From: Planctomycetaceae bacterium
GTDB lineage: Bacteria; Planctomycetota; Planctomycetia; Planctomycetales; Planctomycetaceae
Direction of reading: 5' to 3'
Assembly (NCBI GenBank): GCA_002724315.1
Contig: PBOJ01000102.1
Coordinates: 10,925-74,924, forward strand
DNA length: 64,000 nucleotides
Every line of letters begins with the position of its first letter. Position 1 is the stretch's first letter. The notes under the pieces were generated by a model, which saw only the letters and a program-made list of their open reading frames with translations, made no database searches and was not told the origin of the DNA. A program made the position numbers and the translations under genes. Shown piece by piece: positions 51,292 through 60,909 of the stretch.

Positions 51292-54177
51292 CTAATGGTT
51301 GACGATGAATTCCTTGGTGTTGAGCAGTGCCCAGAGCAGATCCCGCAGCCCCTGGGTGGTGTCCTCGGCACCCTCGATGTAACCCCGCGAACGGGACAAT
51401 TCCCGATCGTCGGGATATCGACTGAGTGTTCTCAGGAACGCCTGCTTGACGATGGCGGTCGAATCCAGGTCGGCCACCTTTTCGCCGGCCGTCTTGGCCA
51501 CCGGACGATTGCGGGTCAGACGGGCCAGGTCCGACTGCATGTCACGGATCCGCTCGCCCAGGATCTGGATCTTCTTCCGGTCCTTGGCCTTGCGGGCCGC
51601 GGCCTGCTCCCGGCGAAGCCCCTGCAGCTTCTTGCTCAGCTTCTGCATCTGGGGAGTCGCCTTCCTGCGTGATTGACGCACCGGCTTGATCCCCAGTTGC
51701 CCGGTGACCTGGTTGATCCAACCCTCGCGGTTGGAAGTGATCAACTGCAGCGTGTCGCTGTCATTCTGCAAGAAGACGGTCTGTAACAGGCTCGGCTCGT
51801 TCGAGCGATCACAGTCGCAGTTGCTTTCCCGTGTCGAGCGGCCGAAGACCGACAGGGCATAGCCGGGTCCCTTGCGAGCGTTGAGTCGCCGACCGGACCC
51901 GGCAATCGCGATCGCCCGTCCCTCGAGTTCCAGCTTCATCTCCTGGCCACGTTCGTCCGAAGCGGTCGCCTGCTGGATCGCGTCGTAGGCCACCTCGGCA
52001 GGCATGCGTCGAGGGATCGAATGGCTGAAGTTGCGGTCGTCGTGCCGATTGGTCTCGTTGGGTTTCCAACTGAGCTGGTAAGTGCGGCTCGAAATGATCT
52101 CGCGGTGCAGCCACTTCATGTCGTAGCCGTTCTCGATGAAGGCCGTCGCCAGGTAGTCCAGCAACGGTTTGTTGCTGGGTGGGTTGGCCAGGCTGTGATC
52201 ATCGGGAGGATCGACAATGCCGACGTTGAAGTAGCTGGCCCAGACTCGATTGACGAATGCCCGGGCGAACAGGCGGTTGTCCTTGCGACGCAGCCAGTCC
52301 ATCAACGGCGTGCGAACGTCGTCAAACTTTGTCAGGTCGACCTGTTCGTCTCCCAGCAGCCTGGCCGACGAAGCCACGCGTCCCGTGTTGCGACGCTTGC
52401 CATTCTGGGCGAGCCGTTTCTGACGCTTCTTCAGCCTGGCGATCGCCTCCTGAACCTGCTTGATCTGAGCGGGCTTGCCATTGTCGGCCTTGAGCACCTT
52501 GAGCCTCTGCTGCTGCTTGGCGATCTGCTGCCTGATCTGCCTGGCTGCCTTGCCACCGGCGTTCTTGTTCTTCTTGTTCTTGGAAGAGGCCTGCTTGGGC
52601 GAAATGACATAGACCTCCTGGAACGGCACCGTCTTGCCTTCGAGCAGGGCCTCGCCGACTGCCTTCCGCGCCTGGCCGCCCTTCTTGTCACCAAGGTTCA
52701 GCGCCGCCATCAGCTCGTTGTACTCGGTCCGCGTCTTCGGGTTGGTCCCGAAATTGACGCCGGTGAAGAAGCCCTGGAACTGGGCAAAGTCGTCCTTGGT
52801 CCACTGGTCGAAGGGATGCTTGTGGCACTGGGCACACTGGATACGGATACCCAGGAACGTGTAGGCAAAGCCGATCGCCCGTTCCTGTGGCTGCCGGAAC
52901 GTGCGACGAGCCCAGTAGTGCGACATCCCCTGTCGATCGATGAACGTCTGGGGCCCCTCCTCCCGATACACCCCACTCATCGTCTTGCTGAACTGCTTGA
53001 ACGACTCCCCGGGGTTCCGGCTCGTGGCCATCACCAGTCCCTCGACCAGCTTGTCGTAGGGCACGTTTTTGGTGATACGATCTTGGAGCCAGTCATACCA
53101 GTCCTGGCTGGCGCGCCGGGTTTTCTGGGGAGTCACGTTGTTCAACGCGTCGTCGTTGTTTCCGGTGAAGTCCGAGAGACGGGTCGCCCACCAGGCGGCG
53201 TAGGCCGGCCGCGCCAGCAGTTCCTCGACCTTCTTGGTCCGTTTCTCTGGATCGGTGTTTTCCAGGAACGACGTGATTTCGGGAACCGTCGGCAGGGTGC
53301 CAACCAGGTCCAGCGAGACACGGCGGAGAAACTCGGCGTCGGTGCTGAGATCGGAAGGAACGATGCCAAGTTTTCGCAGCTTGTCGACGACCAGCCGGTC
53401 GATTTCCGTCGGCGTTTCGACCTTCGGATACTTCTTGCCCACCTTGTCGCTGACAGGCCTCACCACCGGAACCGGTACCACGCCGTTGTCGTAAAAAGCG
53501 ACGACGTGTGTGTCACCGGGTTGGCCGCTGGTCAACAGGCCACCGGAACTAACATCCGCGACCAGGTCGTCGTTGCTCTTGAAACGTGTCAGAGGCGTCA
53601 CATCCTCACGGGTCCCATCGCTCCAGACAGCCACCGCTTTCAGCTGGATCTTCTCGCCCTTCACGCCAATCACCAGTTCCGCCGGAGTGATCTCGAGTTT
53701 CACCAACCGGGCGGCATCCTTGGACACCGCAGGCGCTCCGGCCGCGATCCAGCTGCGGAGCAGGCGATACTGCCAACTGCCGACCTTCATCCGCAGCCCC
53801 CCCTCATGAGGCACCGTCTCGGTCGGTTTCTGCAGCATCAGGCTCTTGGTCGGCTTCGAGACGTTGGCCCGAGGCCCCTCGCCGTCGGCCGCCTTCAGCA
53901 ATGCGTCGTGATCGAACTTGAAGTCGTAACCGAACAGGGACAGTCGAAATCCCCCGCGTCCCTGGAACGACCCGTGACAGGCCCGCCCGCTACAGCCGAG
54001 TTTCCCGAACAACGGCACCACGTGGCGTTGGAAATCGGGCACCTCGTCAGTCGATTCAGCGGCAAACCGCTCGGGGACCGGAGCGGCCACTTTCGAGGGC
54101 ACCACCTTGGCATCGTTGGCCTGGGCCGAAACGGCCAGCGCACCAAAAACCAGCGAGGAAATCAAATACCGTGTCAT
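51292..54177 (-). CDS. Secreted PSCyt-like (Cx4CH) + Big_2 (Ig-like) + PSCyt2 (DUF1549) + PSD1 (DUF1553) protein
   Basis: Signal peptide. LGCSGRACHG. Big_2-like segment (VKLEITPAELVIGVKGEKIQLKAVAVWSDGTREDVT). IQCAQCHKHPFDQW DUF1553 signature. 961 aa. Confidence 0.85.
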   Translation of the reverse strand: MTRYLISSLVFGALAVSAQANDAKVVPSKVAAPVPERFAAESTDEVPDFQRHVVPLFGKLGCSGRACHGSFQGRGGFRLSLFGYDFKFDHDALLKAADGEGPRANVSKPTKSLMLQKPTETVPHEGGLRMKVGSWQYRLLRSWIAAGAPAVSKDAARLVKLEITPAELVIGVKGEKIQLKAVAVWSDGTREDVTPLTRFKSNDDLVADVSSGGLLTSGQPGDTHVVAFYDNGVVPVPVVRPVSDKVGKKYPKVETPTEIDRLVVDKLRKLGIVPSDLSTDAEFLRRVSLDLVGTLPTVPEITSFLENTDPEKRTKKVEELLARPAYAAWWATRLSDFTGNNDDALNNVTPQKTRRASQDWYDWLQDRITKNVPYDKLVEGLVMATSRNPGESFKQFSKTMSGVYREEGPQTFIDRQGMSHYWARRTFRQPQERAIGFAYTFLGIRIQCAQCHKHPFDQWTKDDFAQFQGFFTGVNFGTNPKTRTEYNELMAALNLGDKKGGQARKAVGEALLEGKTVPFQEVYVISPKQASSKNKKNKNAGGKAARQIRQQIAKQQQRLKVLKADNGKPAQIKQVQEAIARLKKRQKRLAQNGKRRNTGRVASSARLLGDEQVDLTKFDDVRTPLMDWLRRKDNRLFARAFVNRVWASYFNVGIVDPPDDHSLANPPSNKPLLDYLATAFIENGYDMKWLHREIISSRTYQLSWKPNETNRHDDRNFSHSIPRRMPAEVAYDAIQQATASDERGQEMKLELEGRAIAIAGSGRRLNARKGPGYALSVFGRSTRESNCDCDRSNEPSLLQTVFLQNDSDTLQLITSNREGWINQVTGQLGIKPVRQSRRKATPQMQKLSKKLQGLRREQAAARKAKDRKKIQILGERIRDMQSDLARLTRNRPVAKTAGEKVADLDSTAIVKQAFLRTLSRYPDDRELSRSRGYIEGAEDTTQGLRDLLWALLNTKEFIVNH

Positions 54178-54902
54178 GGCTTCGACTTGTCCTTGGTTCT
54201 GACGGTCGTCTTGACCGCCTGTTTTCCCTGTTTTCCCGCTCGACGACCGGCTTCGGCCGAGACCGCCTTGCGGTCCCGCTTGCCACTTCGGCCCTTCGAA
54301 CGGCTCACCGTCATTTTCGCTGCCCGCTGTAATCGTCGCAACTCTCGATCCGCGGCAGCATCCAGGTTTTCCAGTGTCTTCAACTGCGTCTCGATTCGAC
54401 CGATCCGCTCCCGAGACCGCTTGATGTCAGCCGCCAGCATCTCCCGCCGCAGCTCGGCCCGCTTCCGCAACGTCCGCTTCAACCTCGCATCCCGGTCGTC
54501 ATCAGGCTTCATGGCCTGCTGGGCCACCATCAATCGGGCCTGGGACTCGAGTTTCCACAATTCCAGCATCAACTCGTATCGCTTCGGGTTGGCCACCTTC
54601 ACCCGCTCCAGCCTCTCCGCCGTCCGAAACAACTCCAGGACCGCCTCGTCGTAGGCCGGCCGGTTGCCCGCGTTCTTGAGTCGTGAAATCAACTTGGCGA
54701 GCTCCGGATGATGGGTCCGCGCAAACGCCAGCGACTGCTTGGCCTCTCGCTTATTCAGCCGGCGGGTCCGTTGCTTGGCCACGGATGACTTGGTTCGGGC
54801 AGCCCGGCCCACCTTCGCCTTGGGCTTCGACGGATCCGACTGTCCCCGGCCGACACCGGCCAGGGTGATCACCAGGCAGACACAGAGAAACAACCGGTTC
54901 AT
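54174..54902 (-). CDS. Secreted basic coiled-coil protein (hypothetical) in ECF-sigma operon
   Basis: Signal peptide MNRLFLCVCLVITLAGVGRG. R/K/E-rich heptad-like sequence. Stop/start overlaps with neighbours. Confidence 0.5.
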   Translation of the reverse strand: MNRLFLCVCLVITLAGVGRGQSDPSKPKAKVGRAARTKSSVAKQRTRRLNKREAKQSLAFARTHHPELAKLISRLKNAGNRPAYDEAVLELFRTAERLERVKVANPKRYELMLELWKLESQARLMVAQQAMKPDDDRDARLKRTLRKRAELRREMLAADIKRSRERIGRIETQLKTLENLDAAADRELRRLQRAAKMTVSRSKGRSGKRDRKAVSAEAGRRAGKQGKQAVKTTVRTKDKSKP

Positions 54903-55396
54903 TCGTCGCCCCCCGCATCCATTTCCGCCGGCAACGCCACCGCCGCGATCATCCAGTCGGGCACCACCAGTTCGGGCTCGATCACTTCTGCATCCGTCTC
55001 GACTACCTCACCATCGGCACCTTCGGCCCACGTCGAAATCAGCATGTCCACATCCGGACCGGCCACAGTCACCGGATCACTCGTCCGCAACGGCAGGCCG
55101 ATAATCAGCCCCAGGCAAACCGCGGCCGCCGCCACGACCACGGATCTCAAGCCGCCCACGGCATACGATTCTCCGGCAACGGTCGCGACCACCGCATCAA
55201 CCCGGCCCGATTCGGCAACAACCCCGACCAGTCCGACCGCCCGTGCCACCGCCTCGCAGGCCTCGACGTCGCCTTCGGCCAGGCGAGCCTCCCACGTGGC
55301 CAACTCGGCTTCATCCAGTTCTCCGGCCACGTAGGCAAACGCCGACCAGTCGGCGTCACCGAAATCATCCGCCGGATTGTCGTGTTCGAATGTCAT
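54899..55396 (-). CDS. Putative anti-sigma factor (single TM)
   Basis: Immediately downstream of and overlapping ECF sigma gene. Acidic N-terminal cytoplasmic segment, central TM (VVVAAAAVCLGLIIGL), C-terminal periplasmic part. Inferred from context. Confidence 0.5.
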   Translation of the reverse strand: MTFEHDNPADDFGDADWSAFAYVAGELDEAELATWEARLAEGDVEACEAVARAVGLVGVVAESGRVDAVVATVAGESYAVGGLRSVVVAAAAVCLGLIIGLPLRTSDPVTVAGPDVDMLISTWAEGADGEVVETDAEVIEPELVVPDWMIAAVALPAEMDAGGDE

Positions 55397-55929
55397 CTCT
55401 CATTCACCTCGTCCCTCTCAGCCAGCCGCCGGTGCAGTTTCGCCAGGGCCGATCGCATTCGCGTCAGCACGGTCCCCAGCGGAGCATCCAGTTCCTCGGC
55501 AATCACCTTGAAGGTCTTGTCTTCGTAAATCCGCTTGCGAACGACGGCCTGCTGTTCAACAGGCAATTCCTCGATCAGTTCCCGCACGCCCCGGATCGAC
55601 TCGTCCAGGCTGGCCAATTCTTCCGGCGTGGCGGTTTCGGTTCGAGGTCTCTCGGCCAGACGCTTCAGGCTGCGATCCCGCAACTGACGCTTTCGTCCGG
55701 CCAGCATCGCCTCGTTGTACGCCACCCGGAAGAGCCACCCTTTGAGTGTCTCAGCCCGAGCCGTGTGTCCTGCCTCCATCGCCCTTGTGAAAGTTGCCTG
55801 CAACACCTCGTCGGCCGCTTCCGGATCGGATGTCACACCCAACAGAAACGACCTCAGTGGCCCACCGTACTGGTGAAACCACCGCTCGACTTCCGAGGGG
55901 TCAATTCGTCCTCCATCTTCCGACGTCAA
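55393..55929 (-). CDS. ECF (group 4) RNA polymerase sigma factor
   Basis: Region 2 (…GWLFRVAYNEAMLAGRK…) and region 4 HTH (…FKVIAEELDAPLGTVLTRMRSALAKLHRRL…). Confidence 0.88.
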   Translation of the reverse strand: MTSEDGGRIDPSEVERWFHQYGGPLRSFLLGVTSDPEAADEVLQATFTRAMEAGHTARAETLKGWLFRVAYNEAMLAGRKRQLRDRSLKRLAERPRTETATPEELASLDESIRGVRELIEELPVEQQAVVRKRIYEDKTFKVIAEELDAPLGTVLTRMRSALAKLHRRLAERDEVNER

Positions 55930-56016
55930 ACGTGTTCACCCCGATTCCGTCGCGCTGTACTCCCTTGATGCGCCCAGCACCCCGATTATTGGGTGTGGAG
56001 AGAACTTTTTTTGGTC

Positions 56017-56907
56017 TCAGGGCACATCCCGCAACCACAAGTCAAACCGCCCCTTGCGCTCCGAGACGTAGACGATTCGCTTTCCGTCGGGATGCCACGC
56101 CGGGTAATCATCCCGCTCGGGATGTTCGGTGATGCGTTTGACGTTCGATCCATCGGCATCCATCACGTAGATCTCACGGTTGCCGTCACGGTTCGAGACG
56201 AACACCACTCGGCGACCATCCGGCGAGAACCTCGGCCGCACGTCCTGGGCCCGGTGCCGGGTCAGTCTCTGGATTTCGCTCCCGTCGTTGGCCCTGGCCC
56301 GATAGATCTCGTAGTTGCCGTCACGAGTCGATCCGAACAGCAGGTAACGTCCGTCGGCCGAGACGCTCGGCCAGTTGCAGATCCCGGCGACATCCACCAG
56401 CACCTTACGGTCACCGGCCTGGATGTTGCACGAGAAGACCTTCTGGCGACCGCCTTCGGCAAAGACATACAGCACCCGCTTCCCGCCGGGTGTGAAAGCC
56501 GGGCTCCGCATCCCGGAGAATCCCGACGCCGGCGGAATCTCGGCGGTTTTCTGCTCACGGGTGTCCTCGATCACCATCCCCACGCTGGCCGCCGTGCGAC
56601 TCTGCAGGAACGCCAGGTAACGACCATCTCGCGAAACAGCCGGTTCGAGTTCCGAACGGGTCTCGTCCTTGTGGACCGGCTGCTGTTTCCCACTGACCAA
56701 CTTGAGTCTCACCAGTTGCAGCTGCTCGGGTCTCGCCTGCAACACGAAGATCAGCGTTCCGGCATCGACGAAGACCGGGTCCCGCTTGTACCGGTGATCG
56801 TCGGTCAACGGCCGCTCAGCAGCCAGTGCCGTCCCCCAACCAAACGCGGCACAGACCAGTCCGGCAGTCACCCACCGGCAACAGGCCAAACGGCTAGACG
56901 AATTCAT
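56017..56907 (-). CDS. TolB-like periplasmic beta-propeller (PD40/WD40-like repeats) protein
   Basis: Signal peptide. Repeated DG(R/K)(Y/R)(L/V)(A/V)F.S.R.G..EI(Y/F) PD40 motifs (SRDGRYLAFLQSR, SADGRYLLFGSTRDGNYEIY, SPDGRRVVFVSNRDGNREIY, HPDGKRIVYVSERKG). Start overlaps stop of upstream DUF1501 gene by 14 nt. Confidence 0.8.
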   Translation of the reverse strand: MNSSSRLACCRWVTAGLVCAAFGWGTALAAERPLTDDHRYKRDPVFVDAGTLIFVLQARPEQLQLVRLKLVSGKQQPVHKDETRSELEPAVSRDGRYLAFLQSRTAASVGMVIEDTREQKTAEIPPASGFSGMRSPAFTPGGKRVLYVFAEGGRQKVFSCNIQAGDRKVLVDVAGICNWPSVSADGRYLLFGSTRDGNYEIYRARANDGSEIQRLTRHRAQDVRPRFSPDGRRVVFVSNRDGNREIYVMDADGSNVKRITEHPERDDYPAWHPDGKRIVYVSERKGRFDLWLRDVP

Positions 56908-58231
56908 CGATCACCGTCCCGCCGGACAACACGTTCACCTCGGCCCGGTCCTGGGTGGTCAACCCTGCCAGTTCGGTGATCGTGGTCCCAACCATCAGGG
57001 GTGTGATCGGCGTCGTCAACGGGTGCTCACCCAGCTTGTCACTCTGTCCGATTGCCCCCCCGGTCGGTACGCCCGCACCCGACCACAGAGAAAAGTAACA
57101 CTGTGGCCAGTGGTCCCGGGCGGCCCGTGGATTGATCTTTGGGGTCCGTCCAAATTCACTGATCACCACCACCAGCGTGTCCTCGAGCAAACCGCGATCC
57201 TGGAGATCGGTCATCAACTCGGGCAACACCCGATCCAGCAACGGGCAATGCCGGTCCATCAGCATCTCGAAGTTGTAGATGTGCGTGTCCCAGCCGAAAT
57301 CGTAGTTCGGCGTGATCGCCTCGACCGTCTGGCTCCAGTTCAACTGCACGTAGGGAACCCGGGCCTCTACCAGCCGACGTGCCACCAGGGCACTCTGTCC
57401 GAAGTGCGTGTGCCCGTATCTCTGCCGTGTCGCCTCCGACTCGCGGGTCACGTCAAACGCATCCCGTGCCGAGGGATTCGACAGCAAGCCGTAGGCCATC
57501 TGGTAGGCCCGTTCCCAATCGTCGATGCCGGCGGCCTCCAGTCGACGGCGGGCCACGTCCAGTTGACCCAGCAGGTGTCGGCGATCGGAGATACGAGCGG
57601 GAGTGATGCCGTCCAGCAAATCCAGCGCCGGCAAGTCAACGGATCCGTCGTTCTTGACGACCACCTGGAACGGATCCCACGCCTTGCCGAAGGTCCCCCC
57701 TCCGTAGCCCTCGACAATCCGCACGCTGTCCTGGATGACCCCCCGGCCCACCGAGAGAAACGGGGGCAGGTCGCCGGTGCGGCCCCGGTGCCGGGCAACG
57801 ATCGCTCCGAAGTTGGGCTGCACCGGCCCGGGCTTCTCGTGGAAGCCGGTCAACGCCACGGTGCCCGCATCCGGATGTCCCGGCTGGGAACTCACGTGCG
57901 TCCGGGCCAGGGCAAAGCGGTCGCTGATCGAGGCCATTCGCGGCAGCAGGTCGGTGAACCGGACACCGGGAGTCCGGGTGGCGATCGTCGAAAACGGGCC
58001 GCGGTATTCGCTGGGGGCATCCGGCTTGGGGTCGAAGGTGTCCAGGTGTGACGGGGCCCCCCACAGCCAGACCAGCAGTACCGTCTTGGCCCGCGGGCCG
58101 CGGTCGGCCTGGGCTCCGGAGGACAGGTCCGGTCGTCCCATCACCAACGGCAGCGACGCGCCCATTTTCAGGAACGACCGCCGGGAAGGACCGCCACAGG
58201 TGCGGGATCGGAACTGGCCCACGTTGATCAT
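56894..58231 (-). CDS. DUF1501 Tat-signal protein
   Basis: ORF trimmed to MINVGQFRSRTCGGPSRRSFLKMGASLPLVMG. DUF1501 blocks (…GEFGRTP…, …RDHWPQCYFSLWSGAGV…). Confidence 0.85.
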   Translation of the reverse strand: MINVGQFRSRTCGGPSRRSFLKMGASLPLVMGRPDLSSGAQADRGPRAKTVLLVWLWGAPSHLDTFDPKPDAPSEYRGPFSTIATRTPGVRFTDLLPRMASISDRFALARTHVSSQPGHPDAGTVALTGFHEKPGPVQPNFGAIVARHRGRTGDLPPFLSVGRGVIQDSVRIVEGYGGGTFGKAWDPFQVVVKNDGSVDLPALDLLDGITPARISDRRHLLGQLDVARRRLEAAGIDDWERAYQMAYGLLSNPSARDAFDVTRESEATRQRYGHTHFGQSALVARRLVEARVPYVQLNWSQTVEAITPNYDFGWDTHIYNFEMLMDRHCPLLDRVLPELMTDLQDRGLLEDTLVVVISEFGRTPKINPRAARDHWPQCYFSLWSGAGVPTGGAIGQSDKLGEHPLTTPITPLMVGTTITELAGLTTQDRAEVNVLSGGTVIDEFV

Positions 58232-58404
58232 GACAGACAGTCTCCCACAGAGACCGACCCCGCTCAAGCGGTTCCCGAGCCATCCCCGATCGGACCACTC
58301 CAAACCCACAGTTGAGTGCTCCGTGCGAACACCGATATAGTGGAGACCGCGGCGGGTCCCCAACGGCCCGTCCACACCACTTCGAATCCACCAGAGAACA
58401 GTTC

Positions 58405-60825
58405 GTGCGCGTTTTGCCGACCATCCTGCTCGGACTGCTGATGACTCCGGCCGTCACCGCCGCCCCCCCGCGGCCGGCCCGCTCACTGGAAGTGGCCCCC
58501 AATCCCATCGTGCTGGGCGGCACCAACCGCGTTCAACAGATACAGGTTACCGCCAGCGGACCCGACGGCCGCCAATTCGACGTCACCCACCGGGCCACGC
58601 TGGAGATCACCGGCACCGAGCGAGCCGCCGTCGATGGCAGCACCGTCCGGGGCGTCTCCGACGGTGACGCCTCACTGAAGGTTTCCTACGGCGGCCGCGT
58701 GGTCGAGATTCCCATCCGTGTCCGCAACCGGACCACTTTCCCACCGGTGCACTTCAACAACGACATCATGCCGATCCTCTCGAAGCTCGGCTGCAACAGT
58801 GGAGGTTGCCACGGCAAACAGAGTGGCCAGAACGGGTTCAAACTGAGCGTCTTCGGGTTCGACCCCAGGGCCGACTTCAACGCACTGGTCAAGGAAGCCC
58901 GGGGCCGCCGCGTGTCCCTGGCCTCTCCCGGCGGCAGCCTGCTGGTGGCCAAGGCCAGCAACGCCATTGCCCACGGTGGTGGAGCCCGCACCAGCACCGG
59001 ATCACCGGACCACTTCCTGCTCTCCCAGTGGGTCGCCCAGGGGGCTCCCTGGGGCAGCGACCGTGCCCCGCAAGTCCGCTCGATCCGCGTGTCTCCGGCC
59101 CAACGCGTTCTGCGGGCCACCGATGAACAGCAACTGCTGGTCACGGCGGTTTACTCCGACGGCACAACCCGTGACGTCACCGGTGCGTCCGAGTACACCA
59201 GCAACGCGACACTGGTGGCCGACATCGAAGAGGCGGGCCACGTGCACACCGGACGGGTGCCCGGCGAAGCCGCGATCACGATCAACTACATGGGTCACGT
59301 CACCGCCTCACGGATCACTGTGCCCCGCGACGGGGGACCCGAAAACTACCCCAAGCTGCCGACCAACAACCGCATCGACGAGCTGGTCTGGGCCAAGCTC
59401 CGACGGATGGGCATTCTGCCCTCCGGACTCGCCTCCGACGCGGTCTTTCTGCGTCGCCTTCATCTCGACACGCTCGGCGGACTGCCGTCGCCGGCCGAGG
59501 TCCGTGCCTTCGCCGCCGACAAGCGATCCGACCGCCGTCAACGTGCCATCAACGACGTGTTGGGTCGGCCTGAACTGGTCGACTACTGGACCCAGAAGTG
59601 GGGCGACGTGCTGCTGGCCGACCGGGAAGTGCTGGGCGAGCGAGGAGCGTTCGAGTTCCATCGCTGGCTTCGAGTGCAACTGGCAACCAACCGCCCCTAC
59701 GACGAATGGGTCCGGGAGCTGCTGACGGCCACGGGCAACTCAGGCCGCTACGGTCCGGTCAACTTCTTCCGGGCCGCGCGAACCCCCAACGAACTGACGC
59801 GCAGCGTCAGCCAGGCATTCCTGGGCATTCGCATGGATTGTGCCCAATGCCATCACCACCCGTTCGAGAAGTGGGGGCAGGACGATTTCTACGGCATGGC
59901 GGGTTTCTTCAACGGGCTGAAGCACACCTCCCTCGGACCCGGTCGCGAACTGGTCTACCACGGCGGCTACCAGCCGACACGGATCCCGCTGGTCAACCAA
60001 CTGGTCCTGCCTCGTCCACCGGGAGGCCGCGGCATCGAGAACTTCGGCGAGTCCGATCCGCGGGTGCGGTTGGCCGAATGGGTCACCCGCCCGGACAACC
60101 CTTACTTCGCTCGCCTGGTGGCCAATCGGATCTGGAAACAGTTCCTCGGACGCGGACTGGTCGAACCCGAAGACGACTTCCGGTCCACCAACCCGCCAAC
60201 CAACCCCGCCCTGCTGGACCACCTTGCCGAACAACTCGTCGCCGACCGCTTCGACCTCAGAAAGTTGATGCGGCACATCCTCTCGTCGCGGGTCTACCAG
60301 CTCTCGAGCATTCCCAACCAGACCAATGCCGATGACGAACAGAGCTACTCACACCACCTGGTCAAGAGACTTCCGGCGGCGGTACTGCTGGATGCGATCA
60401 GCGAGGTGACCGGTACCCCCGAGTCGTTCACCGGGATGCCGCGGGGCACCCGCGCCATCCAGCTGTGGGACAACCGGTTGCCGAGCTACTTCCTGGACAC
60501 CTTCGGCCGGTCCGAGCGTCAGTCCCCGTGCGAGTGCGGCAGTTCCACCGAGCCGACGATGGCCCAGACGCTGCACCTGATGAATGCCCCGGAGATCGAC
60601 GCCAAGATCACCGCCGCCGGCAGCCGGATCGACCGCTTGACCGCCGGCAAGGCCACCCCCCGACAGATCGTCAACGAGCTCTGCCTGTCGGCGCTCGGCC
60701 GACCCCCCAACGACCGCGAGGTCCGCGCTGCCGAGAAGCTATTTGCCGGGAGTCCACCACGCCAGGCTGCCGAAGATTTTCTGTGGGCACTGTTGAACTC
60801 CTACGACTTCCTGTTTGTCCACTGA
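58405..60825 (+). CDS. Secreted PSCyt-like (Cx4CH) + Big_2 + PSCyt2 (DUF1549) + PSD1 (DUF1553) protein (GTG start)
   Basis: GTG 58405 gives signal peptide (M)RVLPTILLGLLMTPAVTAA. LGCNSGGCHG. MDCAQCHHHPFEKW. Upstream ATG 58312 would overlap the divergent DUF1501 gene. Confidence 0.85.
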   Translation: MRVLPTILLGLLMTPAVTAAPPRPARSLEVAPNPIVLGGTNRVQQIQVTASGPDGRQFDVTHRATLEITGTERAAVDGSTVRGVSDGDASLKVSYGGRVVEIPIRVRNRTTFPPVHFNNDIMPILSKLGCNSGGCHGKQSGQNGFKLSVFGFDPRADFNALVKEARGRRVSLASPGGSLLVAKASNAIAHGGGARTSTGSPDHFLLSQWVAQGAPWGSDRAPQVRSIRVSPAQRVLRATDEQQLLVTAVYSDGTTRDVTGASEYTSNATLVADIEEAGHVHTGRVPGEAAITINYMGHVTASRITVPRDGGPENYPKLPTNNRIDELVWAKLRRMGILPSGLASDAVFLRRLHLDTLGGLPSPAEVRAFAADKRSDRRQRAINDVLGRPELVDYWTQKWGDVLLADREVLGERGAFEFHRWLRVQLATNRPYDEWVRELLTATGNSGRYGPVNFFRAARTPNELTRSVSQAFLGIRMDCAQCHHHPFEKWGQDDFYGMAGFFNGLKHTSLGPGRELVYHGGYQPTRIPLVNQLVLPRPPGGRGIENFGESDPRVRLAEWVTRPDNPYFARLVANRIWKQFLGRGLVEPEDDFRSTNPPTNPALLDHLAEQLVADRFDLRKLMRHILSSRVYQLSSIPNQTNADDEQSYSHHLVKRLPAAVLLDAISEVTGTPESFTGMPRGTRAIQLWDNRLPSYFLDTFGRSERQSPCECGSSTEPTMAQTLHLMNAPEIDAKITAAGSRIDRLTAGKATPRQIVNELCLSALGRPPNDREVRAAEKLFAGSPPRQAAEDFLWALLNSYDFLFVH

Positions 60826-60909
60826 AACGGGCACCTCAAGACACTCTCCAACCAGTACAATTCCGACACGGCCGCGAACCGGCACGTTTGTCTCCAGAGG
60901 ATCCAGGCA

